From Spironucleus salmonicida (taxonomy: Eukaryota), in assembly GCF_000497125.1 (NCBI RefSeq), contig NC_090598.1, forward strand, positions 1,302,001-1,366,000: a stretch of 64,000 bases of DNA, written 5' to 3'. Position 1 is the stretch's first letter. Every line of letters begins with the position of its first letter. Below the pieces are notes generated by a model. It was not told the DNA's origin. It ran no database searches and saw only the letters and a program-made list of their open reading frames with translations. The position numbers and the translations under genes were made by a program. Below are positions 34,668 to 49,593 of this stretch, in pieces.

Positions 34668-36830
34668 ATGCAACAGCTGACTAAGCTAGAAAATAAATTT
34701 AACCATGGATAGAATGTTGTAGTAGAAAAATTTATCCCAACCATTGATAATATAGCTGGTTATCATATATGGGTAATGTTTATTATGCTTTTTGATTTAA
34801 TAACATATTTTATAAATAAAACTGAAGCATTGACAAATATTACACCTAATTCTAATCTATATATCGCTATTTTTATCATGATATCACAGTTAGTAGATCT
34901 ATTTATAGTTGCAGTGTATGGAATTTCGAGAAAAATTAGATGGTTTACCACTTCTTATATTCTATATGCTGCATCTAGTATTAGTACTGCTGTAGCTTTA
35001 ATTCTATTTTTTGGCATTGGTGATACATTTGATAATGCTTTCTCATGGTAGGTCGGATTTTTATCTATATTTAGGGGCCAAGTCAGGTCAGTTGTAATTA
35101 GACGATAAAATTAATCGAGATTATAAAAAGCTTTACGTAAATCAACAAATTTATATATTGTATCATATTTAATTTATGTTACTAGAGTAATAAGAGTCAT
35201 ATTTTAATCTTTATATGGCATTCTTATTTTTATTTTTGTTTTTATGGGCTCAGTCTTTCTAAACGAAAGAGCTTTGGATTCAAAAAGATCTTTTATTGAA
35301 TTATTATATTTTATAACAGTTACTATGTCCACAGTAGGTTATGGTGATATAACTTTAGATGGTGGATCAGGAAGAATAATAACTATTATCTTCATTGTTG
35401 TAGCATTAATTTATATACCGGTGGCAATAGGTGTGGCGATTTAGAAACTTTCTAATGAACTACCTAGATTAAAATTACTAAGATAAATTTATGGAGGTGT
35501 TATTGTTATTGGTCAAAAAGACATTTAGTTGGCATCAAGTGTCCGTGCTGTATTTCCATAATAATAATCGATTTCTGTGTTAATGACTGATATAAATTAA
35601 AATTACGACGACCACCCTGATATGAAAGCTTTTATTGAAGGTGTACCGTCAATGTAATTTATGATTAGTGATAGTTACGATACGCTAACATTGAAGCAAA
35701 TGTAGTTAGACAATTCACTGATTGTATTAGTTTATTCTGACAGTAAAATAAGCGCATCAGAAATGTAATAATCTGATGGTTTGGCAATTGTATAAGCAGT
35801 ATGTGCTGCATAGTCATTATAACATGACAATATATTGGTAGTTATATTGTAAATTGAGTCATCCGTAGTTATTTGTAAAGAAAAGTTATATCAATATCTT
35901 AATGAAGACTAATGTATTGTGTATTCGCTAAGTAAAACATATAGTCATATAATCTATCTCTCATGTCTATATAGTGGATTCTCAACGTTTTTTACAAATG
36001 CTTTAATCCCTTCATAATGTTAATTAAATTAATTCAATACAGATAAATAAAAATTTGCATTGAAAAATTTAAATTAGTTTACTAAATGTTGTACAAAAGC
36101 AGACCATGAAGTTGTTATTTCTTAAACATGGGATTTATATAATTCATCTTGTGGGAAGAAAGATTATATTGGAAAAATTATTGAAAATGCTACTTCTAAA
36201 CCTTCTTAGGATGTTTAGTAAACCGTAAAAGATTTATTAGTAGTTGTTTGTGGAGAGATTAATAAAGAATTATTAATATCTACATTAAGTTTATTACGGA
36301 AATTTGGTAGTAAATTATATATTATTTTAGATAATAATGATTTTATCCACTATTCTGAAGATGATATTATAATTGAAGGAAATATTTTTGATGAATAATT
36401 TTATTTATAAAATAATAAGGAAGTTCTGGTTTTTATGGAAGATAATGATGGAAAAGAAGTTCTTATTGAACATGCATTATAGCAATCAAGCATGGAACAT
36501 AATATATGTGTAATGGAAAGTTTAATTGAAATTTAGTCAAAATTTGAAATTTACAGAAAATAGAAATACATTCCATGCGGGCTTTCTTGTTTATGTACTT
36601 TAATCCTAAGAAATCCAATTACTTTTTAAAACTTTGATAGTTTCATCTAGAACCATCATAACTTCAAATAATATTTATTGCAAGAAAGTTTGTGTGTTGA
36701 AGACTGGGAAAATAAGAATAAAAGTTAAATAGTTATCTATATTAATAGAGAAGGATTCATCATTAATATTTATGATAAATAGCTATAATTATAAGAAAGT
36801 GATATTATAACGACTATATGTTTATAGTGA
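34668..36830 (+). CDS. Potassium channel, Slo/BK-like (6TM plus cytoplasmic RCK-like region), 720 aa
   Basis: Selectivity filter YFITVTMSTVGYGD, multiple TM helices, long C-terminal domain; ends TAG TGA. Confidence 0.88.
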
Positions 36831-36875
36831 ATGAAATTTATTATACTATAATATTATATAATAGGTTTTTGCAAA

Positions 36876-39800
36876 ATGAAAGATTTTGAATAAAATGAAT
36901 ATTAAGTAATGCTTGAATAATCTAATAAGTTAATTTAGCGTTTACATGTTTAGCATAGATAAGAAAAGTAAGATATTTTAAACTAGTTTGATGAGTTTAG
37001 AAAAAATTCTTAATAAAGACTTATGAATATTTCTGCAGTTTATGGAAATTCACTACTAAGAGTATTGCATGGGAGTTCAATATTAAATCCAATTGAATAT
37101 ATACCCCATGCTGAAGCTTAACTTATAATTGCATCATTCAAATAAGAATAGCAACTATAAATTAGGTAAATATAAGAATAGTGTTATTAAGAGATATAAG
37201 CAGTAAAAGGATAGTTATAACTATCATAGTACGGAGTATCAGAAGATATGCATTAAGATTAACGTTATCAACAATAGTAAAATATTCCTGTAAATATTAC
37301 AGAATTTTTGCATCAGTTCAATAGGGATTCAATATCAAATGATATTAAACTAGCACCCTCACTTCCTATAATTTTAAGTTTAGAAAATAGTCTTAAAATT
37401 TTATAACATAGGCATGATATATTATTAAATAAAATTTAAAACGATGACACTGAAATTCGATTAAAGAAAAAGTATAATAAGATTATTGAAGAAAAATAGT
37501 TATAATATACGAATCAATTTAACATGTTATAAAAAGAGTTTTCTAGATTTAAAGAGAATTAAAAAATTTAGTAAGATATAATTAAAAAATAGTTAACAAC
37601 TAAATAATAAGAAGTAGTATAACTTTAAAACAACTATACTAGCGAATAGGATTAAATTTAATCATATAAAGATGAAATTGTGCGGCTTGATCAATAAAAT
37701 AAAAAACATGAATTAAGTTTGAAAAGATTGAGAAATGAAATTACATAAGAAATTACAGGTTTATAGTTCGTTGACTAGCATAAATCTGTAGGAAAATTAT
37801 AGGCAGAGATAATATATTTAAAAGGTTTTGAATCAGTTTATATTTAAACAGAACAAGATATGATAAGAAAGATGATAGATTTAGAAAAGACGTTAGAATC
37901 GACTAGAAATAAAAATAAACTATTACATTAAGAAATAATGGAGCTTACAAAAGATGCTGAGAGTAAAGTAGTTGGAAGATTTTAGCATATTATCGACTAA
38001 CAATTATTTCAAATTAATAGCATAAATTAAGAGTTTCAATTAGAATCATAAAAAATAATTGATTTATAACATGATAATAAATAGCTTTCGCATGAAATAA
38101 ATTAATATATTACTTAAATTAGAGATAATGATGTTTTTATAAATAGTTTACGAGATGATTTACGGATCTCTATTAATGATTACTAAAATGCATAGAGGCA
38201 AGTAGATTTTTTAGTTAGACGTTCAAGTAGCCTTGTTTCTGAGAAGCAAGTTTTAAAACTAAATATTAATGAACTTATCTTAAAAAATGAGGATTTAGTA
38301 TAACATCTTAACCTAAAATAAGTTTACTATTAAACATAAGAGGTCAATTTAAGGAAAAATCTAGTTGAAAAACTTGGCTCTGTATATGGTGAGAACGCAA
38401 ATACAAAAGCAAAAATTATATCTGATTAAATATTTGAGCAGTCAAAACCATCTACTTTTTCTGAGGAAACATAAAAATTAATTGCATCAGAAAATAAATA
38501 ATTTGCAACAGAAATCAAAAAGTAAAATATCGAACTGAATGATTTTGAAAAAGGAATTGAGCAACATTGTTTAATATTAGATGAAGTTGTTTAAGTTAAT
38601 ATTAAAGCAATATAAACTGAGTTTTCTTCGACAGAAGAAAAAGGATGCTATGTTTATCCTGCGTAATTAAATGATCTTAAAGAATTTTAATAACAAGTAT
38701 ACTTTTCTGCTGATGATAATATAGTAGTTTCTTAATATGTAGAATAAGTTAATACACTGAGTTAAGAGCTAGAATCATATAAAATAAAAGATATTGACAC
38801 AAAAACATTTAGATAAGATATGTATTAAGAACTATATAAGGAATAAATAGACATGGTTAATAGCTAGAAATTTTAATAGTTAATGATGTATGAAGATATC
38901 TATTCTTAAACATCAAGATATAATTTATTGTTCATATAAGCATCATAGCATTAGTGCAAGGAATTTCATGAATTTGTGGATGAAATATTGTATATACAAA
39001 ATTAAAAGGATACTAAATATTTAGCAATTATTAATAAAATGAAGCAACAAAAAACGGCAGATGAAGCAGAGTTAGTTTAAAGTTTATAAGTTTCTTAATA
39101 AAAATATAATGAACTGTATATGAATTATAATAAGCTTAAAAACTCTATTTTGTTTATACAATAATCAGTGACTTCATAATAATAACCAATTTTAGATCAA
39201 ATGGTTGTAGAGTTATAAAAAAGAGTTAATAATTTGTAAAATTCATTAAAATTGGTTTCTAAAAGTGTTATGGATAGGCTATTTGTATAAAAGTAAGATT
39301 GTGCTGTATAATTAAATTATGAATCTATTAATGCATCCGTTTTAACGCTTTAAGTAGAATTTTTAGATTAGGAAATGGAAACTGATATTATTCATTCATA
39401 CTACAAACTTTTACAGACAGATCCTATAGAATCAATTATTATAGAACGAGCACTAACACCACCAATAATATAAACTGAAAATATTAATTTATAAACTGAA
39501 GCAATAGTTTATATCCCTTCCTTTGAAATTTAATAATAGTTAATTACAAATTAGACAAATATGATAGATTTTGAATGTTAAATTGCTATCAAAGAATATT
39601 AAATTTTGACAGAGAATAAATAAGTTACAAGATCAGTAACTGTTCTTCCAATTTTGGATATTTAAAATTCTAATGAAGTATCTATCTAGTAAGCTGAAAA
39701 ATATCCATTAGCAATGATGTAAGATTTTGAAGTTCAAGTTGAGTTTATATTAGAGTAAAAATCCTAACCACATGTTTTAACAGAGTAATCAAATCTTAAT

Positions 39801-40676
39801 ATTCCATCAAATTTAACATAATAATAGATTGATTAAATTCTTAATATATTACCAAAACAGCCATCCTAAATTAGTTAGCACTCATAAACTAATTTTTTAG
39901 GTTTCGATATTAAATTGTAGACTGATGATTTTACTCAAATAAATAAGTAAAGATAAAAAGAAGCATTTTCTATTTTAACATAGTTAGAAACATTAATAAT
40001 TCGTGAAAATAATTCACCCACTTACACAGAAAAAAATTGTGATTTTGACTATGGATTAATAGAAGAGTAGCTTAATGATATCAAACTAAGTTAGTTAAAA
40101 TAATGTAAACATGTACGTACTTAGACAATCCCTGTAGAGAATTTATAATTAGAAGATTTCATTTCAAAATATATTAGAATATAAAAATAGTAGATTGACT
40201 TTAAGGATAAATATGAGAAGAATTGTTCTGAAATGGAAACTGCTTCATAATAAATATAAGAGGCCAAAAAGTCTGAATTATCTATTAGAACTTTATATAA
40301 TGATTTAAATGAGGATTATAAAATTTAAAGTGTGAATCTTAAACAGGCTTAGACTCAAGCTATACAGTATGAAAATTGGTATAATAAAGCACTCAGTGAA
40401 AACTCCAAACTAATTAAAGAAAAACCTCTTACTAATTCTAAGGCAGCTAAAACCCTAGCTGTTTTAAAGACTAAATAATAAGAGAGAGAAGAATACGAAT
40501 TAAGATAACTTATGAATATAGGTATGGAAATTGCTAATTAATTTGATAAAGGAGAAGACAAAGAAACATAAATCGAATTAAGGATCAGCAGGGTAGATTA
40601 AATTGATGTAGAAAACCATGGAGAAGTAAAATATAAATCTAGAGCAAGAAGTAAAGTTTAGTAAAATAAGGAATGA
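36876..40676 (+). CDS. Large Gln-rich coiled-coil protein, 1266 aa
   Basis: Continuous code-6 frame (spot-checked) MKDFEQNEYQVMLE...QQNKE; recurrent xQT motifs in the C-terminal third. Confidence 0.75.
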
Positions 40677-40983
40677 TATAATTTTTAATTACTATATTAA
40701 TTTTCATTTATTATTAAATTTAGATATGTAGTATTAAACTAAGAAAATGATTAATATAAAGGTAAATTAATTTTATAAGGATAAAAGAAATTCATATTTT
40801 CTCTTAAGTGATTACTACCAGTAACTTAACTACTTAAAATAACATTAACATTAACATTAATTTTAACTATATATTGGGATGACAATATCCACAAACAGTT
40901 ATCTACCATTATTTTATTGATAGTTAAGTTTTCTATCTGTGTCTGTAATCTGTAAGTAAAAATATAAGGAAACCCATAACCTT

Positions 40984-41961
40984 TCACTTTTTCAGTTAAC
41001 TACTTTCTGGAAATGCGCTTTACCATTCTGATGAACATTCTTAGTAATCTTTTTTCTTACCTAAATACCAGTATCTTTCTTTTATACCAAAGGCTGTTTT
41101 CGGAACACCCATTTAGACAACAAAAATTTCTCTAACATTTTCAGCATATATAGCACTATCTTCAATTTCATCAACTCCAGGTATATATTCACCAAGCCAG
41201 TTAATTTCTACTATTTATCTTATGCCAAGAATTAAATTAAATAAAACTTTAGTCATACTTTGACCACTGTCACTTAAGCAAGAATATCTTTTATCCCACC
41301 TAATGATACATAATTAAACTGGTTTTTTAGCATTAAATACTCCTGTTTTAAATGGTAAAACAGCAGTACCACTGTTACATGTACCTTCTGGGAACACTGT
41401 TATCATTTAAAATTTTCTTGGATATCCTGCCAATTACACATCCCCAGCAACTCTTTATATGAGCTTTTCTTATACTGTTTTCCCACTATTTTTGTCACTT
41501 CTATCAATGAAAATACATTAATTTGCTTTGGCAAAAAGGCCAAATACTGGAGATCTTCCAACTTCCGATTTCGAAACAAATGAGCACGCTCCTACAACTT
41601 ATAATACTAATGGATCTAATGAGGAATTATGGTTTGAAACTAACGCAAAGTCAGAAGAATAAGTTGGCCGTTTTTAAATATTTTTTTATACAATTTTAAC
41701 TCCCATAGACCATAAAAATCCACGAGTCAAATTAATAGTTAAGAATCGAGTTATAGTTGTCCGTAAAGGGGAAAGTGGTTTTTAAAGATTAACAGATTTG
41801 ATTAAACGTGACATAATAACATGTGATAATGAAACTATAATGAGCAAAAGAAATATTCTAATTGGAGTTACTATTGGGGCCAATATATATGATATTAACC
41901 AAAATATATAATACTGGAGTGATTTTTTAGGTTTAGTTGAAGCAAATGGGTTTAATGTCAT
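40984..41961 (-). CDS. Lysophospholipid acyltransferase (LPCAT/PlsC family), 325 aa
   Basis: VSNHNSSLD (Hx4D), FVSKSE, IFIDR, FPEGTC and FKTGVF motifs; ends AAG TGA. Confidence 0.9.
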
Positions 41962-42134
41962 TAGAGAAAGGTAAACAAATACTTTATTATCATTATTACT
42001 ATATAATATTATTGTTAATTAATTTACATAGTTATAATATTATACATTTATTATCTATTATATTGAAAATTAAAGTCAAATTCAAACTTCTCTTCAAAAA
42101 TTAAATTTCAAATGTTTGCACCACTCCTTGTCAA

Positions 42135-42446
42135 ATGGTTCATTTCATCAAGACTCTCAACCTTGCTAAGCTTACCTCTGGTAAGCCTTTTAAGACCAGA
42201 TGCCCAGTTGCCATGAAGATGATCCGTTCCATCTGTGCTAAAACCGCTAAGGTTGACGAAAAGAACGTTATCCTCTCTGAGGATGTCAACAGATATGTCT
42301 GGGCTTAGGGTATCAGAACTCCCATGAGAAGAATCAGAATTGATATTGATGTTTAAGAGCATGAAGAAAACAAGATTGCCCTTGTTTCCATCGTTGATTG
42401 GCCTGCAGAAGGTTATCACGGCCTCCTCAATGAGACCAACGAATGA
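42135..42446 (+). CDS. RPL31: 60S ribosomal protein L31 (eL31), 103 aa
   Basis: TLNLAKLTSGKPFKTRCPVAMKMIR...NVILSEDVNRYVWAQGIRTPMRRIRI; strongly biased codon usage typical of highly expressed genes. Confidence 0.9.
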
Positions 42447-42493
42447 TTAAGTGATATATTATATTATATAATATTACTTAACTTTATTTAATA

Positions 42494-43048
42494 ATGCCAT
42501 ATGTGGGTAATACATATTATGATGATGATATATACCAAAAGTATTTCATAAAATTGTCTAAAGCACACTATATTTAGTCTCATAATTCATTAATTGAGAA
42601 AAATTAAGAGATATCAATACATACTTAATTAGATTAGTCTATTAATGAGAATAGTGTAAATCAGTTATAAGCTGATGTATCCATTCATGAAATATATTAA
42701 AATAAAGAATAAATAGAATAAGTTCACTACTCTAGAGATTTGTTATAGCCTGAAATTTTGTAGTAATAAAAGTCATAAGTTCCAATTCCATCTTTATCCT
42801 TGGTTTCTATCAGGTCAACGTCACATAAATTACCACCGCCGCGACTATTCACAGCTAGAAAATTAGAAATTAAGGATGAGTTTGAAAGCCAGATGGAGTA
42901 AATTTTAGATTCCAGTTCCGAATTGTAAAGAGTTTGTCAACTACTTTTCAAAAAAGATTTGACGGTATAATTTTTATATTAAATTAAATAGTAGCTAGAT
43001 AACTATGGATAATAAGTTTAAATTTATCACTCACATGCAAAAGATTGA
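42494..43048 (+). CDS. Hypothetical protein, 184 aa
   Basis: Open code-6 frame MPYVGNTYYDDDIYQKYF...HSHAKD. Confidence 0.55.
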
Positions 43049-43471
43049 AGCAGGTATATTTAAATATAAAAATAAAAGTTAAATACTAAGAATAACGGAA
43101 GATATGGATAGAATACACATCCAAATAGAAATGAGTATTGAAAAAAATGCTGAGAAATTTGGATAAATATTTTCAATTATGTGTAAAAGGTTGAAGTTTA
43201 CAACCAGAAGAAAACTAAATTAAATAAGTGTAATAAATTTTAATAGTATTTATATTTACCTGTTATGTTCATAACTCTTAATTAACCTTGAAAATTTAGT
43301 TAAAAAATATTCCAGGATAAAATACAATGAATCAACTTATTAAAAATTCATTCTCATGTTAGCATTAAGCATTATTTACAATAAAGTTAATTATTATTAT
43401 ATAGTTTATATTTGTATTATGTATATTTTTATCTACTAATAATATATTATGATCATCAGTTTACTAAATTT

Positions 43472-46400
43472 ATGACCATGAATATAAACTCTAAACTTCC
43501 GCCAGTTAAAGCCTCTTACCAAAAATTTACATCGGAATCGATTGTTCCAACAAACTCCCAAGTCAGTCGCTCGAAATCACCAATACGTGTTGTTTCTTAG
43601 GCTATACCAACCTCGTATACTCCCAACATTGAAATTTCAGCAGAGTTACTGAAAACACAACAGATGGCCACCAGAGGAACATTTCTCACCAGGATAAACG
43701 AACAAGACTGGAGTCTGGTCGACAAAGAGGAAATAGATAAGTTGTAAACGCACCTAAACATTGAATCATCGATTAAGGAGAGTTCTGTAGTATAAAAATC
43801 AGTTTTGAGCGAAATACAAAGCATGTTCAATCAGCTTGCGCAGAAGCAGGACTTTGACCCGCTTTTTGAAGATTTGGAGAACGTTATCGAAACGCAGAAA
43901 ACGGATCAGCGCGCTGATGCCGTGAAGGCAACCAGCCATGAACTGTCGGCTGAGATGTACGAATTGGTTGACGTGGCATATGATAATATTCTGAGCTTTA
44001 TGAAAGATAACGCGGCCGACCCCGCGCTGATCAAAACACTAAAAGGCATCCAAAATTTTTACAACTATTTCATTAAATGCAGGCCGACACGCAATGTAGC
44101 GCTTGAACTAGCAGCTGAACGGCTGGATAGGGAGTATTAAGACCTGCAGAGCCGGTACGAGCTGGTGAAACGGGACAATGTGTACAAAAATGACTAAATC
44201 GACCAACAGGACAAGTACATCTAGCACCATAAGGAAATCGAAAAATCGCTGCGTAGCAAAGTCCAGCAGATCCTCTACGAGTTCGACAACCAAAGCAAGG
44301 ATCTTGCCACGCAGAAAATTACTAACGATCGCCTAGACGAGAATCTGATGACAGCATTAACCAAAAACGAAGACTATTTGACCCGAGTGAAGCGTGTCCA
44401 ATTTGCTCTTTCGAAGTAACGGAACATTCTCGAAAAAATTAACAATTAGTATGATCAAGCTATGATCAACATGCGGCTGGAACAAGAGCTACGAGAGACG
44501 CTACAGGTAAAATATAATGGTATTGAAAAATAGTTTAATAGATCTCAAGAGCAAGTCACTGTGTTGCAGCAGGAGATAATGGTCATGTAGGAAGAAATCG
44601 AGTCAGTGAAAAAGACGAAAGTTGTCGTGAAAGAGGTCGAGTAGGTAAAGCACGATAATTTAGATATCAACGCTAAGAAACTAACTCCGGTATTTTTATA
44701 AGGTGTTTCGACGCTTATTTCTATTTCTCGATTGCATCCTGATGATATTGGTAAATTTGGAATATCTCATAATGGCATTAAGTCCTTAATGTAAATATTT
44801 TAGGTTGGTGCTTCTGCTAAATCAGTACAAATGTTTATTAATGGATTATAAGCATCTTTAATTGGATAAGATATATAAACATTGACAAATAAATAGGTCC
44901 AAACAACATTGACCCTACGATCTATGATCGAAAAAGATTTTGGTCATAAATAGGATAATAGTGATTAAAAAGAAAAAATACGAGTAACCTAGGAACCAAT
45001 TGTCGATTTGTAGCAAGAATAAGAGGCTTTATTAAAACTAGAAATGGTAAAAGTAGATAAATTCATTGATACTTATAATAGCACGACAAAACAGGATGAG
45101 GAGAATCTTAATAAGATAAAACAGGGTTTAATAGAAGAAAGTATTGCAAGTAACTAAAATCCATTGGAAAATCTTAAACATTAATCGAATGGACAAATAT
45201 CTAGAACATAATTGTAAAAAAACACTAATTAGTCTACTTCTGATTATTAAATTCCTCGCAAATAGTTGACAGAATAATTTCAAGATTAATACTCTTAAAA
45301 TTTAGATTTAAATTAAAACTATGACATTGATAAGTAATTTCCTATTTGCATGAAAGAATTATAATAATAGAAATGTGATGTTTAATAAAACTAAAAATAG
45401 TAAGTATAAGTTTTAGATATTTCTGTTTAAATTAAGCCTGAAGTGATAGAAGCAGGAACATCCCCAAACATATAAGTATTAAGGAATAAATTATTTCCAA
45501 TTTTATTTAGTATTCCATAATTTCTTAGTCTATAGCTTTTCTTTGAAAATGAAAATTTTAGGTTACTTGATGTTATTTAATCAGAACAAGAATTAAATAT
45601 ACCATTAATATAAAACTAGGATATAGCTATACCCCAGGATATAAAAAAATAGCAACTTTAAAATTAATAAGCATATATACCTTAGAACATTTCTCAATCA
45701 AAAGAAATATAATCTGAAATTTTTGATTTAGCTAGTGCGTTTACTTAAACTTATGATCAACCTTTAATAGCAAAAAGCAGGTTATTAGAAGAAAATTAGA
45801 ATCGATAGTAATCTATTGAAGAGTTAAATGAAAAAATTGACGATTTACTTGATGATATTTTTAACTTCCAAGTATAAAATACTGCATTACAAGATGATTT
45901 AGTTGTAGCTACTGAGGAATTGTAAAAGTAATTATAAATTTTAAATTTAGTCAAGGAAGCAGATACAGATATGCAAAAAATTAAAGAAATTATGTAATTG
46001 TAAAAAATAGATAACCCTGTTGAATATATTTAACGAATTAATGTGCATTTAGAGAAACGATAAGTCTTATATAATATAGATGAATAAATTGAAAATACAA
46101 AATAATTAATATCTCAAAAACAAGAGTTAAAAGAAAAAGTAAAAAGATAATAAAAATAGTAAAAGTAAAAATAATAATTAAAAAAGTCAAAGGCTATAAA
46201 GCTGAGTACAAGATAGACTGTTTAAATTTCATCATAAAATGCTATTAATATAGATAGTAAAGAAGAGAGTTTAGATAAAGAAGAAAATTCAACCCATCAG
46301 TTAAAATCAACTAAATATTATGCCAGTAAAATTATGGCTGATAAAATTCCAAGCAAAATTTAAGTTATATAGTAAGAAAAAAGATAATACGGGGAGAATA

Positions 46401-49075
46401 AGCTAGATTCTCACTATTAAAGTAAAATTACTAAAGATAATAGTTTTCCTGATAGTATTAATAAATTAAATTTTGAGACTGATAACACTAACACTAGTAA
46501 CGAATATAGCACTAAAGAATAAAATATTACTAAATTTACAGGTTATTTATAAATATAGAATAATATAAATAATATATTAGAGGATGAGATAATAGAAGCA
46601 GTAGAAGGTGATAATAGTGAAATAACACAAAATGATAAGGCATTGTAAACACTTACTATTCGAAATAAAGCTAAAGATATATAAACATTTAATAGTTAAT
46701 CTACTATTGAAACTTAAACTTAGTAAATCATTATAACTGACTAGCCTTCATTATTAGTTTCAGAATAAAAAGATGGATATATAAGTAATGATAAAATCTG
46801 CTAAGCGTATTGCACCATACAAACAATTGATTTAGGTATTTAAAAAGATTTAAGTATTTAAGAATAAGAAATAGCTAGATTACTAAAACAAAGTTAAAAT
46901 AGCGGCAGGAGTGGTATTGTAACCATAAAAGATAAACTTTTGTAGGGAGATTTTACAACGATTTAATTGCAGAAACATGCTGCAGCCGAAATTATACAAT
47001 AGTAAAAATTATAGTAAATTAAAGGAAAGCAGAAATAAATGATATAAAATATGAGAACATAAAATTTGGCTGGATTAATTGGTTTAAATTTTGAGAATTT
47101 GTAATAAAAAACAGAGGAAGAAAAATTTGATTTAAGGAATAAATTATTTATTAACACTAATTTTATTCAAGGTTTGCATAATTCAGATATAGATAAATAA
47201 AAATAAAAAGGATTTGTAAATAAGCATATAGAAAATGCTAGAAATACTCTACAAAAAATTATTTAAAGTTATAACACATCATAATAAAAAAGTATTATTG
47301 ATGAGTAGCTTCAACAAAGGTTAGAAAATATTGTAAAATTATAATAAGAATCTAAGGTTATTTCATTAAATGGAGAAAATAAAAATAAAAAATAGCAATA
47401 AATAATGTTTATGTAGTCAAATATGTTTGCTTTTGGTCAGTATTAAGTAATAGTACCCTAGTAAAGTATGTTTTCAAGATTTATTACCAAAGATTTTTTC
47501 ACATTAAAAAGAAATAATCTGATAAAATTATAAAAATATGGCTTAAAATTCATCTAAATAGATGAAGTAAAATAGATTTCATTTTCTCCTTGCTTATTAT
47601 CTTCTAAATATCTAAAAACCTATTTTTCGATTCATTCTCTTAATGATTTACCTAAAATTATTTCTTAAACATTGTAAGTTTGTGAAATTGAATGTTTAGA
47701 AGATAAATAACCAAATAGTTTGTAAGTATAGACTATTTTGCCATCTATTTTAGAAAAAATATCATATATTCGATTAGAATCAATAGGTAAATATACAAAG
47801 CTTCCGATATTTTTTAATCTCATCTAATAGTTTACAGGAAAAGTAATTAATATAATTGAAATTTCTGCAATCAAATATATTTAATTACCAATATAAAATG
47901 TTCAATTAAAATCAATGAATTGGCTTTTAAAAACAATAGATTTAATATTTTAAGAAAGGGAAAATATAAATCCTCGCTAAATATTTTGTCAAAAAAACGA
48001 ATAAGTTTTTTTTACTGAAGATTCAGTTAAAGTGGGGTATTCAGTTTTAATAGCTGGAACATATTCTTATGAAGAAATGGTTTATTTCCCTTTCTTTTTA
48101 GTTAAATGGGCAATAAATAGATATAAAATGTCTACATTAGTTATGTAGTTTCTTTTTTCATTTGTAGTATCACTTATTTTTCATGCATCATAAAATGATG
48201 ATTTATTTATGGTTAAAAACTTTCTATTTTATGATTAGTTTGAATATGAAGTAGGAGATATTCTCTTGGTATATTTACGATTAAGAAGCTATTTTGGATT
48301 ATAATTTTAAACCTAGCTTTCAGAAATTACTTTAGAAACTTTAGCCGGGTGTATTGAGCATTTATATTAAAATTGGCCTGTGTAAAGAAAAACTGCACTT
48401 TTGGATGTTTTTTGCTCTATGGCTGATAAGATAAATAAGACTAAAATTCCTGTTATTTCAGTAATCCGTATATTACTATAATCATATTCATCTTATCGAC
48501 AGGCTTAATATTAAATGATATCTACACGTTTACCGATGAACTTTGCATCATTCAAGCAAATACTATAAGCTGGAAATGTTAATATTACAGATTTAGATAT
48601 AATGACATTTTTGTGTAACTAATCTGAAAAATTATTTGATCCATAAACAGTTATAATAGACGCTAATAAGTTATAATATTTTTTTATTTGCACTGAGATG
48701 GGGAGATTTTTAAGTTTAACTAATGAGCTTGAAAAGCTAATCATAGAAGACAAAATTAGAGAAGATACATACATGATATAATCTACTTAAAAGGTAGCTG
48801 AAGAAGTTGCAGAACGAGTTTTGAATGAACTTGTAACTTAATAAGTAGATAAGAAGAAAATGTAACAATAGTATATTTAAATCTAAGAAAAAGTAAGCGA
48901 AATTCATGGAAGTATTATTGTATTTGATATAGCTAATTCACGGTTTGTATAACGTTAATTAGTAGAGCAGATTGTAGATTTATTTGGTGAATTTGTTGAT
49001 GATGGATTATAAGAAAGAGTCAATATGAATGCTTTAGATTTGATTAATGTTGAACTTGCTAAAAAGATAATATGA
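43472..49075 (+). CDS. Giant coiled-coil protein, ~1867 aa (paralog of 49594-54816)
   Basis: Track ORFs 43412 and 43805 lie in one frame; LPPVK..YQK, KSPIR, DFDPLFED and QLKSMNWLLKTI blocks; the start may instead be 43478. Confidence 0.78.
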
Positions 49076-49593
49076 TGTGATTAAATCATTCAGTTTTAAC
49101 TATATCAGTAGTTTTTATTTGTTTGCCTATATATTTTAAAAGTGATGTCATTTAATGATAAAATGGAAACTTTCTTCTTAATAAATAGATAACCATCATG
49201 ATTACAATAAAAGGGATTATTAAACTATATAAGACCATTTTTACTGGCACAAAAATAATTTTTAACAATATAAACAAAACATTTAAGGATAACTTAAATA
49301 ATTTCATAACTGGTCCTATTAAATAATTAAATGATATTTTTAGTGTTATTTTTGTTAAAACTTAGATAATATTAAACCAATATAAAAGAAATTTCAGTAA
49401 ACTCGATGTGATCTAAAGTTATAGAACTTTTTACACATAATACTATACAGATTAAATTTAAACTAAGTATGCTATCTAATGCAATACAAGCATAAGACCT
49501 AAACTATGAACAATAAACTCAATAATAGTTATTTTCATTTATAATTAATATTATATTATATAAAATAATAATTAGTTTAAGTATAATTAATTA

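Noticed and set aside
42108-42419. 103-aa minus-strand ORF in the track
   Set aside because: It is the antisense shadow of RPL31 on the + strand.
42135-42446. RPL31 as another GC island
   Set aside because: Its moderate GC comes from C/T-ending preferred codons across the whole CDS, typical of translational selection, unlike the mid-gene G/C steps.
43005-43475. Open frame overlapping the end of 42494-43048 (possible frameshifted continuation or TGA read-through)
   Set aside because: There is no motif support, and long open frames arise easily when TGA is the only stop. It needs RNA-seq.
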